Shown in pieces: positions 34,301 through 46,300 of a stretch of DNA of 64,000 nucleotides. The translations under genes and the position numbers were made by a program. The notes under the pieces were generated by a model, which was given only the letters and a program-made list of their open reading frames with translations, had not been told where the DNA came from and did no database searches. Numbering within the stretch: position 1 is the stretch's first letter; each line of letters opens with the position of its first letter. The stretch comes from Vicugna vicugna (Eukaryota), in the NCBI GenBank assembly GCA_013265495.1, contig MU060001.1:372001-436000 (forward strand). The letters run 5' to 3'.

Positions 34301-37300
34301 TGGGGGGTATTAAAAGAAAGTAGAATGCATGATCTGTGCTTCAGTCCTGAGTTAGGAAAGAAAAACCATCTTAGGTACAACTGGCGAGTTTGAATGTGGA
34401 CGTATTGTTAGAAAAAACGATTATCTAACAGTAAATTTCTTAGGTGTGGCAGTGGTGCCGTGATTATGTAGAAGAAAGTCCTTTTATGTAGGCGGTACGT
34501 GCTAAAGTGTATAGCGGTAAAATGTCACAATAGTTGCAGCTTACTTTCCGATGGTTGAGAAAACCCTGTGCGTATAGAGAACAAAAGCAGACGTGCCCAC
34601 GTTCAGCGGGTGATGCGTCCACATGACGGATGTACGAGTGCTCATTATACTACCCTTCCCACTTTTCTGTACATTCATATTTTTCTAAATAAAAAGTTGG
34701 GGGGAAATAATATGCATTCATTGTTAAGAGAAAAACGAAGCAAACAGCACAGGAGAACGTAAGGGAGAAAAGCAGAAATCACCCCAGGTCCCTCTCCTTC
34801 GAGGTAACCAGAGTTGACAGCTTCGGTGACCCTCCTTCCAGGTGTTGGTTCTCAGTTTATCTGTCGATCCGTCTGTCCATTTCCTTTTATCCATCGTCTA
34901 CCGCGTGTCTTTTCTTTCTGTCACTCTCTTTTTCCCCTGGATTTTTTTGGTGGAAGAACGACCGTTTGCCCCTTAGAAGGCCCCACGGTCCGGATTTGGC
35001 TAATTGTGTCCTCACGGTGGTGGTTAGCCTGCTCCCGTCTCCCCGTATCTCCTCTGCACTAGCAGGTCTGGACACTTGTGTAGATTCCAGTTCAAGGGTT
35101 TTGTTTTTGTTTTGGCAAGAATATGTCATGGGCGATACTGCACTCGGGACTTCCTGTCACGTGACAGCTGTCATCTTTTTAGTTGTTCTAAGACACAGTC
35201 CCAGGGTCCGAATGATAAAGGTCCATTAAAGGAAGTCCACCTCCCGTCCTTGTCCCCTCCCCTCCATTCTCTTCTTTTCCCAGTAGGTCACTATTTTTAG
35301 AGGCTTTGGGCTTTTCCCTCCATTATTTCTTTTTGAACTAAGAGCAGTTGTGTTTGTATTTCCCCCATTTCTTACACATAAGCATACTCTTCACACTCAA
35401 AATATACCCTAGATGTTTCCCCATGTCAGTACATCGGACCGTCTTCGTTCCTTTGGTAGCTGTGTGAACTCGATTATACCGAGTCAGTATTGCCTTGTGT
35501 TACTCAGCCGGTCTCCTGCTAGACGTTGGGGTTTTTGCCAGACGTACACTGTAAATGGTACCGAAATGAATAGCCTTGTGCATATGTCATTTTAAATTTT
35601 TGCCAGTGTCTCTTTGGAATGGATTCCTAGAAGGGAGATCGCTCTGGGTCAAAGGGCAAATGCCTGTGTGATTTTGCTGGATATTTCCAAATTCGACACC
35701 CTCGGGATCTGTATTTTGCATTCCCACCAACAGCGTGTGAGGGACATAGCATCTTTTTTGATGGTGGAGCAGTGTAATATAATACAGTCTTGGAGGAGTA
35801 AAGCAGACCTGGATTTGAGACCTATTTCTATTTCTTAGCTGTGTGTCCCTGGGCAAGTTACTCAGTCTCTCTGAACCTTGGTTTCTTCTCTGTCAAATGG
35901 GAGTAATAGTTGTTTGAGGGGTTATTTCAAAAAAGATAACACAGGTGAAATGCTCTGCCCAGCATCTGGTGCGTAGTGAGTGCTCAGTGCACTTTGGCTG
36001 CGTAGATTCCTGGCGTGACTTGTACTTGAAGGTGAATGTCAACTGTGCATTTATTGCTGAAGACTGGAAAATCCCCATTTTCTGGTCTCTCTGCCAGACT
36101 GGCCAGAAAGCAGACAGCAGTCTCTGTTCTATAGATAGTGACCAGCTGAAAAGAAAAAAGTACCTCCAGTGCTTTTATACTTCCGGTCTGCATTGCTCAG
36201 TCTTTGGCTTGCGTTCTGGCTCAGCTGTCAGCAGAGGCGAGGCACCCCTCGCTCCTTCCTGCTCTCTCAGGCTAATCAGCCAGTCCTCAGAACTTTGCAG
36301 CGCACCTCCACGACAGAACACCTTGGGCGATCTTCAGAAGCCCACCTCAAAGCACGTCGTTGTTAGGTGTGGCTGGTAGAGTGGGCTGGGGACAGTGACC
36401 TGTGAATGCGTTCACCGTAAAGTAGGTTTTCAGATAAAATGGAAAACACGCCGTGACTGTTCAGACTTCTTCCATGGCACAGCTGATGGTGACTTACTGC
36501 AGTTCTCGGGCTGAAGTGCAGATTTTGTTCTTTTGGGGAAGTGGGTTGGGAGGTTCTGTAGAACTTGCCCCGAAATTGGACTTTTACCCACAGATGGGCT
36601 TCAGTGGGTTCCTGAAGTTGTGTGCAAACGTGTGCACACAAGTCCATGCACGTTAGTGGGGGCTGAGCCCTCGTGGTTTGCATTAGCTCCTCAGAGCCGT
36701 GAGCCAAGAAAGGTTGAGGTGCTCAGTCCTAAGCCATATTCTTTTCTGTTTTGAAGGATGTTGCCGCTCGGGGCTTGGATCTCCCTCAAGTCACGTGGAT
36801 TGTTCAGGTAATTTTTTTTCCTTTTTTCTTGGTTAAGGGATGAGCTTGAGGCAGGAGTATATATGATTGTGAGTAGCTGTATTGGCTTTAAGCAGGACAA
36901 TTATTATGACCCTCTTGGGTGTTGCCCTGGTAACCAGGCAGCAACCAGTCTTACCTGCACAGTTCTGACATCTTGCCTCAACCCAGCCCACCTAACTGCT
37001 GCAGTACAACCTCCATTCTGCAGTCGTGGGAGGGAGGGGCAGGCTCCCCTGCTCCCAGACTGATGCCTGTTCACACACAAAGTTTCGGCCAGCTGAAACT
37101 AACGGGAACTACCTGGGCCCCTGGGCGGCCTCGTCGCATCCAGAAGGAGATGGCTCAGCTGTCCTGAGAGCTGTGACCATGCACGTTGACCTGCAGGGGC
37201 AATTACGTCCCTGACAGCATCTTACACAGACCTCTCGCCGTAGATGCTTTGCCGGAGGGTAGAGGTGTTAGCGCTGGAGTCTAGTGGCCTTAGTTTTGTT

Positions 37301-40300
37301 TTTTCTTTTCGTTAGTCTGCGGGACTGGTATTTTTAAGCCCTTCTGTGTGGGGGCCGGGGGGCAGGTGCCCTGTTTACGTGAGTCATGGTTTATTCACAT
37401 TTTAGTGGGATTGCATGCCTGTCACTAGCTAGGAAGTCTGCTCTGCTCTCGCAGATGATCACTCTGCGACTAGAGGCATTGTGTCCTCTTTCCTGCTGGC
37501 CGCGGCACAAATTAAAAATAGGGAGGCAAGGATCGGTTTATTGTGCGGGAGGCCAGACACACAAAATCGATCATTTACAGCCGGCTTAGAGTCGTGGGTA
37601 ACGGTCAGTTTAATGTGCCTGGCCCTCTGATCTTGGCCCTCTAATCATTGATTCATGTAGCAACAAAGAAAAAAAGGGAAGAGTGAATAGTTGGTCAGTT
37701 AGCCTTAATGATGGCGGCGTGATCACCACAGAGAACACCTGTTCTCAGTTCTTAAGTTTGCTCTTTTCCTGAGTCAGGAATACTGCCCGTGGGAGTGGAG
37801 GCACGAATGGGGCCTGCCTCTCAGCTGCCCTACAGCTCTGCTCTGTTGGGGCGATAGGGACCTGATCCTGAGGGCCCAGGAGCAGAGGGAACCTCCAGTG
37901 TCCTCTGTGGCCTCACCCCCGCTCTGCTCGTCTACTGAGGAAGTAGGCCAAGGTCATGTGGTCGTCCCGCAGCAGCTCCCCCGCCCGCCTGCGTTTTCAC
38001 CTTGCAGTCACCTCCGTGAAAAGATGCAAATGGGAAAATGAAGAGACCTGTGGAGAAGTAAAATTAACAGGGAGATACTGGGACGAGAAGATGCCTCGTC
38101 TCTCTGAAACTTGGCCACTGTTCACATTCGCACGTCAGAGCCTTGTTATTTCCAGTGAAGCCAGGAGTTTCGGGGTTGAGAGACTTCGCCTCGTGATTGT
38201 GTTAGGGTAACCATAGCACCCGGGTTTAATTTTCGGGCTACCTGGAGGCAGGTGAGGGGTGTTGCACTTCCAATTAATGGCAGTCCCTTGATCTGCGAAT
38301 GCCTTCATTCTTGTTACCCTTTTTAGTACAACGCTCCGGCTTCACCTGCTGAATACATCCACCGGATTGGGAGAACGGCCCGGATTGGCTGCCGTGGGAG
38401 CAGCCTGCTCATTTTGGCTCCTTCAGAGGCAGAATATGTCAACTCGTTGGCTTCTCACAAAATCAAGTGAGTCAGAAACCTGAACGCGGCTTCAGCTGAT
38501 CTCACCTAATTAACTTTCTGTCGCTTTCTACAGTGGAAGGGCCTTGTAAGCTGACGGAGAGCCATTAACCCTTGTGATCCCCAAATGAGTCCCAGAATAG
38601 CCAGTGGCAAAAACTAAAACCCTTCACAGCTTCAGCACGTGACAGCCTTCGCTGCGTTGTGCGCGCACTGAGCGGCCTGTTGCACGTTGTTCTCCTTTAA
38701 GGCAGAGGTCTGGATTTCATTTCTCTAATGTGTGTGCACCGCCCTCACCGCCAGCTTCCTGAAGAGCTTTTTTATTCACAGGTTTTGTTTCTTGCCATTA
38801 ATTAACGCCTTGGACCTTTAAAGTTGACGTGTCTTTGAAAAAAAATAGTACTCTTGATTCATCACTTGGCTCCCCCTTCCCCAGGAAAAGAAACCGAGGA
38901 AAGAAATTGTTAGGAGCAGTCGAGGTAGGCCCCGTAAGTTTGGGGCCAAGGCTCCCCCTGCCATCTTGTGTGAGCCCCCACTGTGCCCGGATCGTGGACT
39001 CGGCAGCCTGGAGCCTCCCTGATCTCACCCAGAAAAGGCCAAGAGAGCAGCGCTCCACCTGGCCAGGGTGGGTTAGGATGAAAGGGCCTCAGAGAGGAAT
39101 TTTTTTTGTCGCGTTTTCCATAAGCTCCCCAGCGCCTGAAATGACAAACTTCTAAAACTGGGCTTCTAAAGGCACGCAGGTTTTCACACCAATGTACGTT
39201 CACGATTTTCTTCTGCTCAGATAGAGTGCGGTGATGCACAGAGTGCCTTTGAAGGCCAGGGCAAGCCGCGTGTGTGGCAGGCTGGTGGGCGTGGACCCAC
39301 ACCGGGCACCGAGGCGGCCACAGCTACTCGGGGGCATCTCAGAAGCCACGCAGTGACGCCGGCACCCAGCCTGGCTCTGTGGGAGGCTCTCGTTTCTTGG
39401 TGCGCAGCCTGTGTTTTATGGAAAGCATCCCACGTAACCACAGGGCTCCTTCCCCCTGAAGCAGAGCTGGGAGAAGCGTGGTCTCCTCCCTCGGAACCGA
39501 AGGGCCCAGGCCAACGGCACGCGGACCTGGGCTAGGGGAGCCTCGGGACTAAGGGCCGGCCACCCACTGGGAGAGCAGGGGCGTGGCCGCAGCGCCCGCG
39601 CCCCACCCCGCAGGCCCTCCCTCTCGCCCTAGTCGGACTTGCCGGCACCCTCAGCACTCTTTCAGGGTTGCCGGCGCGGCTTCCTCAGGAGGTGTGCTTC
39701 ACACCCTGCTGTCTTGGGGGAGGCACGGGCCCACTCCCGAGGGCTCTGGTGAGAACGCCAACAGGAGGGAGGTTTAGGTGTTCCTCTCGCTGAACTCTCT
39801 CATCTTGATACAGTTCGTCGGTTGAAAGGGTGGTTTTTATCTGTTTGGGGAAGACGTGCGTCTGTTACCTTCCTTGTGAGAGAAGTCTCTTGTCGATCCA
39901 TCCGTCCGTCACTTTTCACCCCCAGCTGGCTTCTGGGTTCCCTGGGGCTGGAGGCTGCTTCACGCTGCTCTCTGTGGCCCCTTCTGAGTTAGGCCGGCAC
40001 CGGATCAGGCCACTTTGCTCCAGAAATCCGGGGGGTTGAGATGAAACCCCTTGGTGTAGCCCATTCTCACGGCCTGGGAGCCCTTCTCCCTCCGTCCTGG
40101 GAACTCGCGTACCGTGGAAGGCGTTGTCAGAGCGGTGCGCGGCCGTCCCGTGTAGAAAGTGCTCGCTGCCCCTCAGCAGACGCCCTCTCACCCCACGGCG
40201 CCTCCTCCTTCTGCTCTAGACCCGCAAGTTCACGTCCTCCCCTGTCCCTCCCGTCAGCAGCCCTCTGGTTGGTCTGTGCTCGTTCCCTGCGCGTGATCTT

Positions 40301-43300
40301 GGAGAAACAGGCGCTCACAGGCGTGAAGTCACACGGTGACTGTGCAACCCAGAGTCGGCAGCAGGCGTGCCGCCGCCGCTCGGTGTTCTCGCAGCCTTTC
40401 TCTGTGATGGCAGGTTCAGGCGTAAGCCGCAGACTGAACAAGGCGGAACAGTCACTAGCACCAACGCGAACCATTCGTGAGCTGGGTGTGCTTCACAGGT
40501 GCGACGAGGACGGTCATCCTTTGTGATGGCTCGTCTGGAGGAAGAGCCAGCGGCATCCGTGAGAAAGCCAGCAGCGTGTTCCCCTTCAGGCGAGAGCGCA
40601 GTGCAGGCAGGGACCTGGGCTCGGACGGGATGCTCAGGAAGGTGAAGACAGGGGAGCCCCGCGGGGGAGAGATTTGGGCCTTGCGTGCGCAGGGCGGCGT
40701 GGCAACGCTCACTTCAGGGGCGAAGGGTTCTGTAGGGGTCCCGCCTCGCCGGTTCCTCTGCTGAGTGTTCGCCCATTGGAGTGCCTGGGCCTGACTGGCT
40801 GCCTCGTGGGCGAGGTGGGAACCCGAGTGATGATCAGAAGCCGATCGCTGCGTCGTTGCCTCAGCTTGCACTTCCTGGTTTCTGTTTGCGGAAATCAGGG
40901 CAGCGTGTTGGGGATCTGTACGCAGACGGTTTCTTTGACTTCATGCAAAATAATTAAATCTAATAACTAATTACACAGTGTGCCATGGAAAGAGGCAGAC
41001 TTGATGATTTTGGAAATCCAAAATGTGCACATCTAAATATCCTAAAAGGGTGGCAGGAGGTGGAGGGAGGGAAATGTGTGTGTTTGGTGCCTAAGAACCT
41101 GCGAGCCAGGTGGCAGGACGCCGGGATGGCTGATAAATTACTGGGAAGATTCGGGAAGGCAGGCGAGGCTCTCGGCAGCAGGGCCGTCACAGCAAATTGC
41201 CGCCTGCCCTTCTACGCCCAGCGGCCTGGAACTCACCCTGACAATTTAATTTAACAGAAGGGGCAGGAGACAGGTGCCCTGGGCCGTGGCCGCCTCCTTC
41301 TAAATGCTCAGAACTTTGTTTCTGCGTCCTTTTGACTGCTTTGTATTTGCCAACTTCTTAAGTTTTCCTCACTTCTCCTTTAAATGCATTTCCAATGAAA
41401 GTCATCATTGGTTTATTAAAATGTAAATGATTCACCAAAATGTGTGTTTCTTAGATCAGGCATAAGACAGTTCCTTGAATTTATTTATCTGTCTCTTCTA
41501 GTAAGGTGGGGTGGTTCAGATGTGCTGATAGAACCACGAATCAGCAGAGTAGATGTGCTTTGTTCCTCAGATGCAATGACTTCTTAGACGAAGAGGAAGA
41601 CCCTTTTAAACTGTCACTCAGTTCATTCTCAGCTCCTGTTCACTAAGGTCAGCGGTCCCCAACATTGTCATGGGGACACCCGCAGCGCACGAGCCACGCC
41701 CTGGCTGGGGTGCCGGCCGTCCCGGGCGCTTGAGGAATCCGCGCCTTTCTCCGGCCTGTAATTCTGTGTATCCCGGGCTGTGAACGGCATCATCCTTCCT
41801 TTCTTTTTCCCGACTTCAGGATTTGACCCCAAGTTCTTATATTTCTTTTACTTTTGTATTCCCCACCCCACCTTTTTTTTCCTTAAGAAAAAAAAGGACG
41901 ATAGAGTCAAGTCAGCAAGACAAAGGAAAAGACAGGACGGGGCTACGATTTTTACCTCCCTTCAGATTTCCAGGCCTAAAAGGCAAATCCGATAGCCGTA
42001 ACATTTCTCTCCCACACGAAAAATAGATTTTCCTGTAAAAGCATGCACGTCTCCCCCCTAACCCCTACCTCTCGGGGTGAACACCGCCTTCTCTGGGTGA
42101 CTCTTCCTACTGTGAAAAGACTTCACGTACCCACAGGGCTGGGAGCCAGCAACGGAGAAGGAGCCGGGTGAGGGGTGGGGGCTGGGGGTGTTGAGGGACA
42201 CGGTGACACGTTTCAGGTGAGTCGCTGCCGGAGACGTGGCGTGTTCATTCAGAGCTTTGTCAGAGTAACCTTCGGGGGACCCGGGGAGAGTTGTCTTCTC
42301 CCACGGAGGAGGTTGCCTCTCGAGTTTTAATTTACCATTACATTAAAAAAAAAAGACATGCAAGAAAATCATTTATCTTTTTATGATCTGCTTTTCTCCC
42401 CCGGAGCACCTCATTCCCTTGTTCCTGTCTCCCTGGGATGTGTTTCCGCAGCGTCTGTTCCTTCCTTGGTCTCTAAAACTTGAGTCTGCTGTGAGCCCTC
42501 CCACGTGGAGGGCTGCGGGCTTGCTGAGCAGGGGGGACGGGGAGGCTGTCCAGACGCCACTGCTAGGCAGGGTGGGTTGTTCTGTTCTGGTTCCCGATGG
42601 TTTCTGTTGCCGGGTGAACCCTGAGTTCTGGTGTCCGCCGTGTGCCCAGAGCCCCGGATTCGTCGGAGACAGGAAGTGAAGTCTCTTCCGGGTAGATTAG
42701 GAGGGAGCGCCGGTGCATCAACGTAGTCGGTCACCTGTTTACTGTCACTCAGGTGTTCGCCCCCACAGTTAAGGGTCCTTTGCCATCTCCTTTCTTGTAT
42801 TAAGTATGAAATTAAAGGGACAGTCCAAAATGTTTTCTGTTTTGTCATCTTCTGCCCAAGTCAAGGGAGTGTGTCAATAAGCAGAGCCATGTATTTAGTA
42901 TTCAGGATTTATTGAGAAATAGTGCGATGATTCCTATAAAGGAAATTCTAAACGTAGCCTGCTTCAATTTATCAGGGAGGAAGGAGACAGTAGGGAGTGT
43001 TACCCCACCCGTCCCTCTAATATCACAGAGGTCCCCTCCTTCCAGATTCTTGAACGTCTAGAAAATACCCGCTTTCGCAGGACCCGGTGTGGCTTCAGCT
43101 TTACGTGGAACCAGCCCGAGAGGCCGGTTCTGTGCGTCAAGATTCCGGACGTTTTTGAAAGAATGAAAAGTCGACCTTGATATACCTTTCCTTTTACAGC
43201 ATTTCTGAGATAAAGATGGAAGATATCCTGTCTGTTCTGACCAAGGATGATTGTTTTAAAAGGAGCCGACGTGGAAACCAGGTAAGTTTTGTGTTTTAGT

Positions 43301-46300
43301 GTGCTTGCTGCTAACAGACGTGACTCAGTTCCTGACTTGGGGCCATAGAGATCCTGTGTGGGGAGCAGTTATTTTTAAGGATCATGAACATTAGATGAGG
43401 CCAAATAGTTTTTCTTTTTCTTTTTTAAGTGGAGGTACTGGAGATTGAACCCAGGACCTCGTGCGTGCTAAACACGAGCTGTTCCCACCCGCCTTGGTCA
43501 AATCTTGATTGTGTTTTTTCTCTGCTCTGGATGTGTTTGCTGGTCTCATCCAGTTAATGGGCTGTAGTCCATTCTGGAAGTGTGCCAGGCAGCAGCAGGC
43601 CTTCCAGAAAGGAGGCCTCATCCCAGAAAGAGTTTGGAGGCAGTGTTCCACCCTCATCCCTGGTGGTCCCTCTCCAAATTACCAACAGGGCCCATCCACC
43701 CAGGGCAGCGTGTAAAAGGGAAATATCTCTAGATCTCCTTTCAGACACACTCAGTTCATCCATTTTTTAACGTGTGCTGTACACAGAGGAAGAGTAAAGT
43801 TGAGATCATTAAGAAGAAAAATGTTTATTATCCGCACAGTTCCATATGGAGGTCCTGAGCAGTCGCAGACAGCCCAGAGCATCCTTTCCTGCTTCTTTTT
43901 TGAGGTTCCCCCGTCTAGGAATCACTTCCTACCCCACTGTAACAGGTTACTCGGTAGATCGCGTGTACTTGTGTGTGTGTGTGTAATTTTGTCCATGAAA
44001 CTTTAATTTGGGTATTTTACGTTTGCTTTCTTATGCCTGAGGATAGACTGGAAAATCAGAGCCAAATAGATCAAGTTTAAGAGTTTCTTTTACACGTTAG
44101 TGTGTCTCTTTATTTGGATCGATATTCTCCCCGAGGCAAGGACTCGCTTTGACTGACCCTGACTTGAGTTCTCTTGCTCTGGAGGGTACCTAAGGAAACT
44201 TGCGTAAGGAAGTCAGAGGAAGTAATCACAGTGTCTGGTACCCAGCGTGTGTCCTGGACTTGGGACTGTGTTAAGCTCTTTATATGCTTGGTCCCACTTA
44301 ATCCTCTTGGCAGCCCTGTGAGGTAGATGTTACCCTCCCACTTTACAGATGAGGAAACTGAGGCTTGGAGAGTTGAGGGAACATTCACAAGGGCACATTA
44401 ATGACCACTGGCCCTCCTGGGGTGTGAGAGCAGGCATTCTAAGTTCAAAGCACGTGTCCTCCACTGTGTACCAGCCTGCCTCCCTTAGTAGTAATTAGAC
44501 CAAGAAGATGGAACTAAGTTGCTTTTCAAATGAGGTAACATCAGCCATTCTCATAAAGGTGAAATTTGGTCAGTAAATGGTACCGCAGCAAAGGTCCCCA
44601 TGAGTAAGAAACGTGATTTAAGACTCAGTTGATCATATTATTTTAAGTGACACTGCGTCGCAAAGCATCCCGGCCACACTAGGCTTTGGACCATCCTGTA
44701 CTCATAGTTTGTTGTCAAGGGACCTCACCGGAAACTAGACGCTCATTGGTCTTGGCATGCTCTTCTGTTCCTCTGACTGCAAATTCTAGTTAGGGTGGGG
44801 TTTTTGTTTGTTTGTTTGTTTGTTTTTAATTTTCAGATGATCCCACAGCTGTTTAATTTTCACCGTGGGGCAGCTTCGTGGGGTAAGCGGGGGTGCCTGG
44901 GCAACAGCCGGGGGCAGTGCAGCTGGATGGTCAGGAGTGTGGCCTGGGGTCCCATTCCTAGTCTCCCCAGCTGCGTGGCTTTGGGCCGGGACTGCACCCT
45001 CCTAAGCCTCGGTTTCTCCACGTGTGAAATGGAGGCAACGTTCGTATTCTTCTCAGAGGAGGTCGCAGGGGTTCAAGAGGAAGCAGCCCGGAAGTCCGGG
45101 CGCCGATAGCAGAGGGCGCCTTCACTATGGGTGTTGTTACTGTGGCCACATCAGTTAGTAGCAGGTGTGGGAGCAAGGCCCAGACTCAGTGACACAGCGC
45201 CTCGTCCCTTGTTCTGCTGAGTCACACCAAGTGGAAAACCAGCGTCTGCCTGCCCTCCCGAAACAAGGGCAGGCGGGACCACGGCAAAGTGAGGCCGGAG
45301 AGGTTTGGTCGGATCTGGTCTTTACGGCCTGTTTCCGCGACGGGCCCTGGGGTGGGTGTTTACCCCGAGCACAGATCGGCTCTCTCCGGGGCTCCAATGG
45401 CCGCTGCATCTGCACGTGTCCGGGGCAGCAGGTGGACGGCGCGGGGGCCCTGCTGAAGGACGTGTTCCCCGAGCGGGAGCAGAGCAGCTGCCCCTCCCTC
45501 TGCTCTTTCAGGGATGAGCCATGGCCGTTCTTTTGAGCCTCTGCCCCCTGTGGCCTGGCTGCACCAGTTTCTCCCCTGAGGCCGGCCTCGAGGACCACTG
45601 AGCTGGAGGGGCCGGGGGAGGCCGTGGGTGAGAGCTGGGCCCGAGGCAGGCACACAGGCATGGGTTCGAGTCCTTGTCCCCCAGCTGGTCCTCCCCAGCC
45701 TCAGTTACCCGTCTGTGGGGTGAGGCCCACCCCAATGCCCGGTGCTGGGAGGTCTCAGTAAGACAGGGCACAGAGCGCCCCGCACGCTGCTGGGTCATGC
45801 GAGCTCACCTCAGCCCTGGCTCTGCCTTGGTGGGTAGGAACGAGGGGAATGTGTTGATGGTCTTATGGTTTGGTGATCGTTGTTTTCAAAAAGAAAAAGT
45901 GCTAGGCAAGATCGAGCTTTCACCAACACCAAACTAACTGGTTACCTTAGAAAACTTAGCTAATCATAGCAGGCTCAGGTCCGTGAACACCACTTGTTTG
46001 ATCAACTTTAGTTCGGAGGACAGAGGAAAACTAAATTGAATTGACAACATTGCTATCTAGACGTCCAGCCAGAGAGCTGTAACTATGTGTGTGACTCACG
46101 TGACCAGTAAAGAGAGACCAGAAAAGAGAACCAAGTGAATGCTGGATACAACTTTTAATTCTGTTTTACATAAAAAAGACAGCATGTCTTAACTGGCATT
46201 CTCAGTTTGGACAGTTCCCTGGAGCAGACACACCAGTGCCGGGCGGAGCAGTGTGGCCTCAGCAGACAGGCCTGCTGCACACACGGCCAGACAGACCCTC

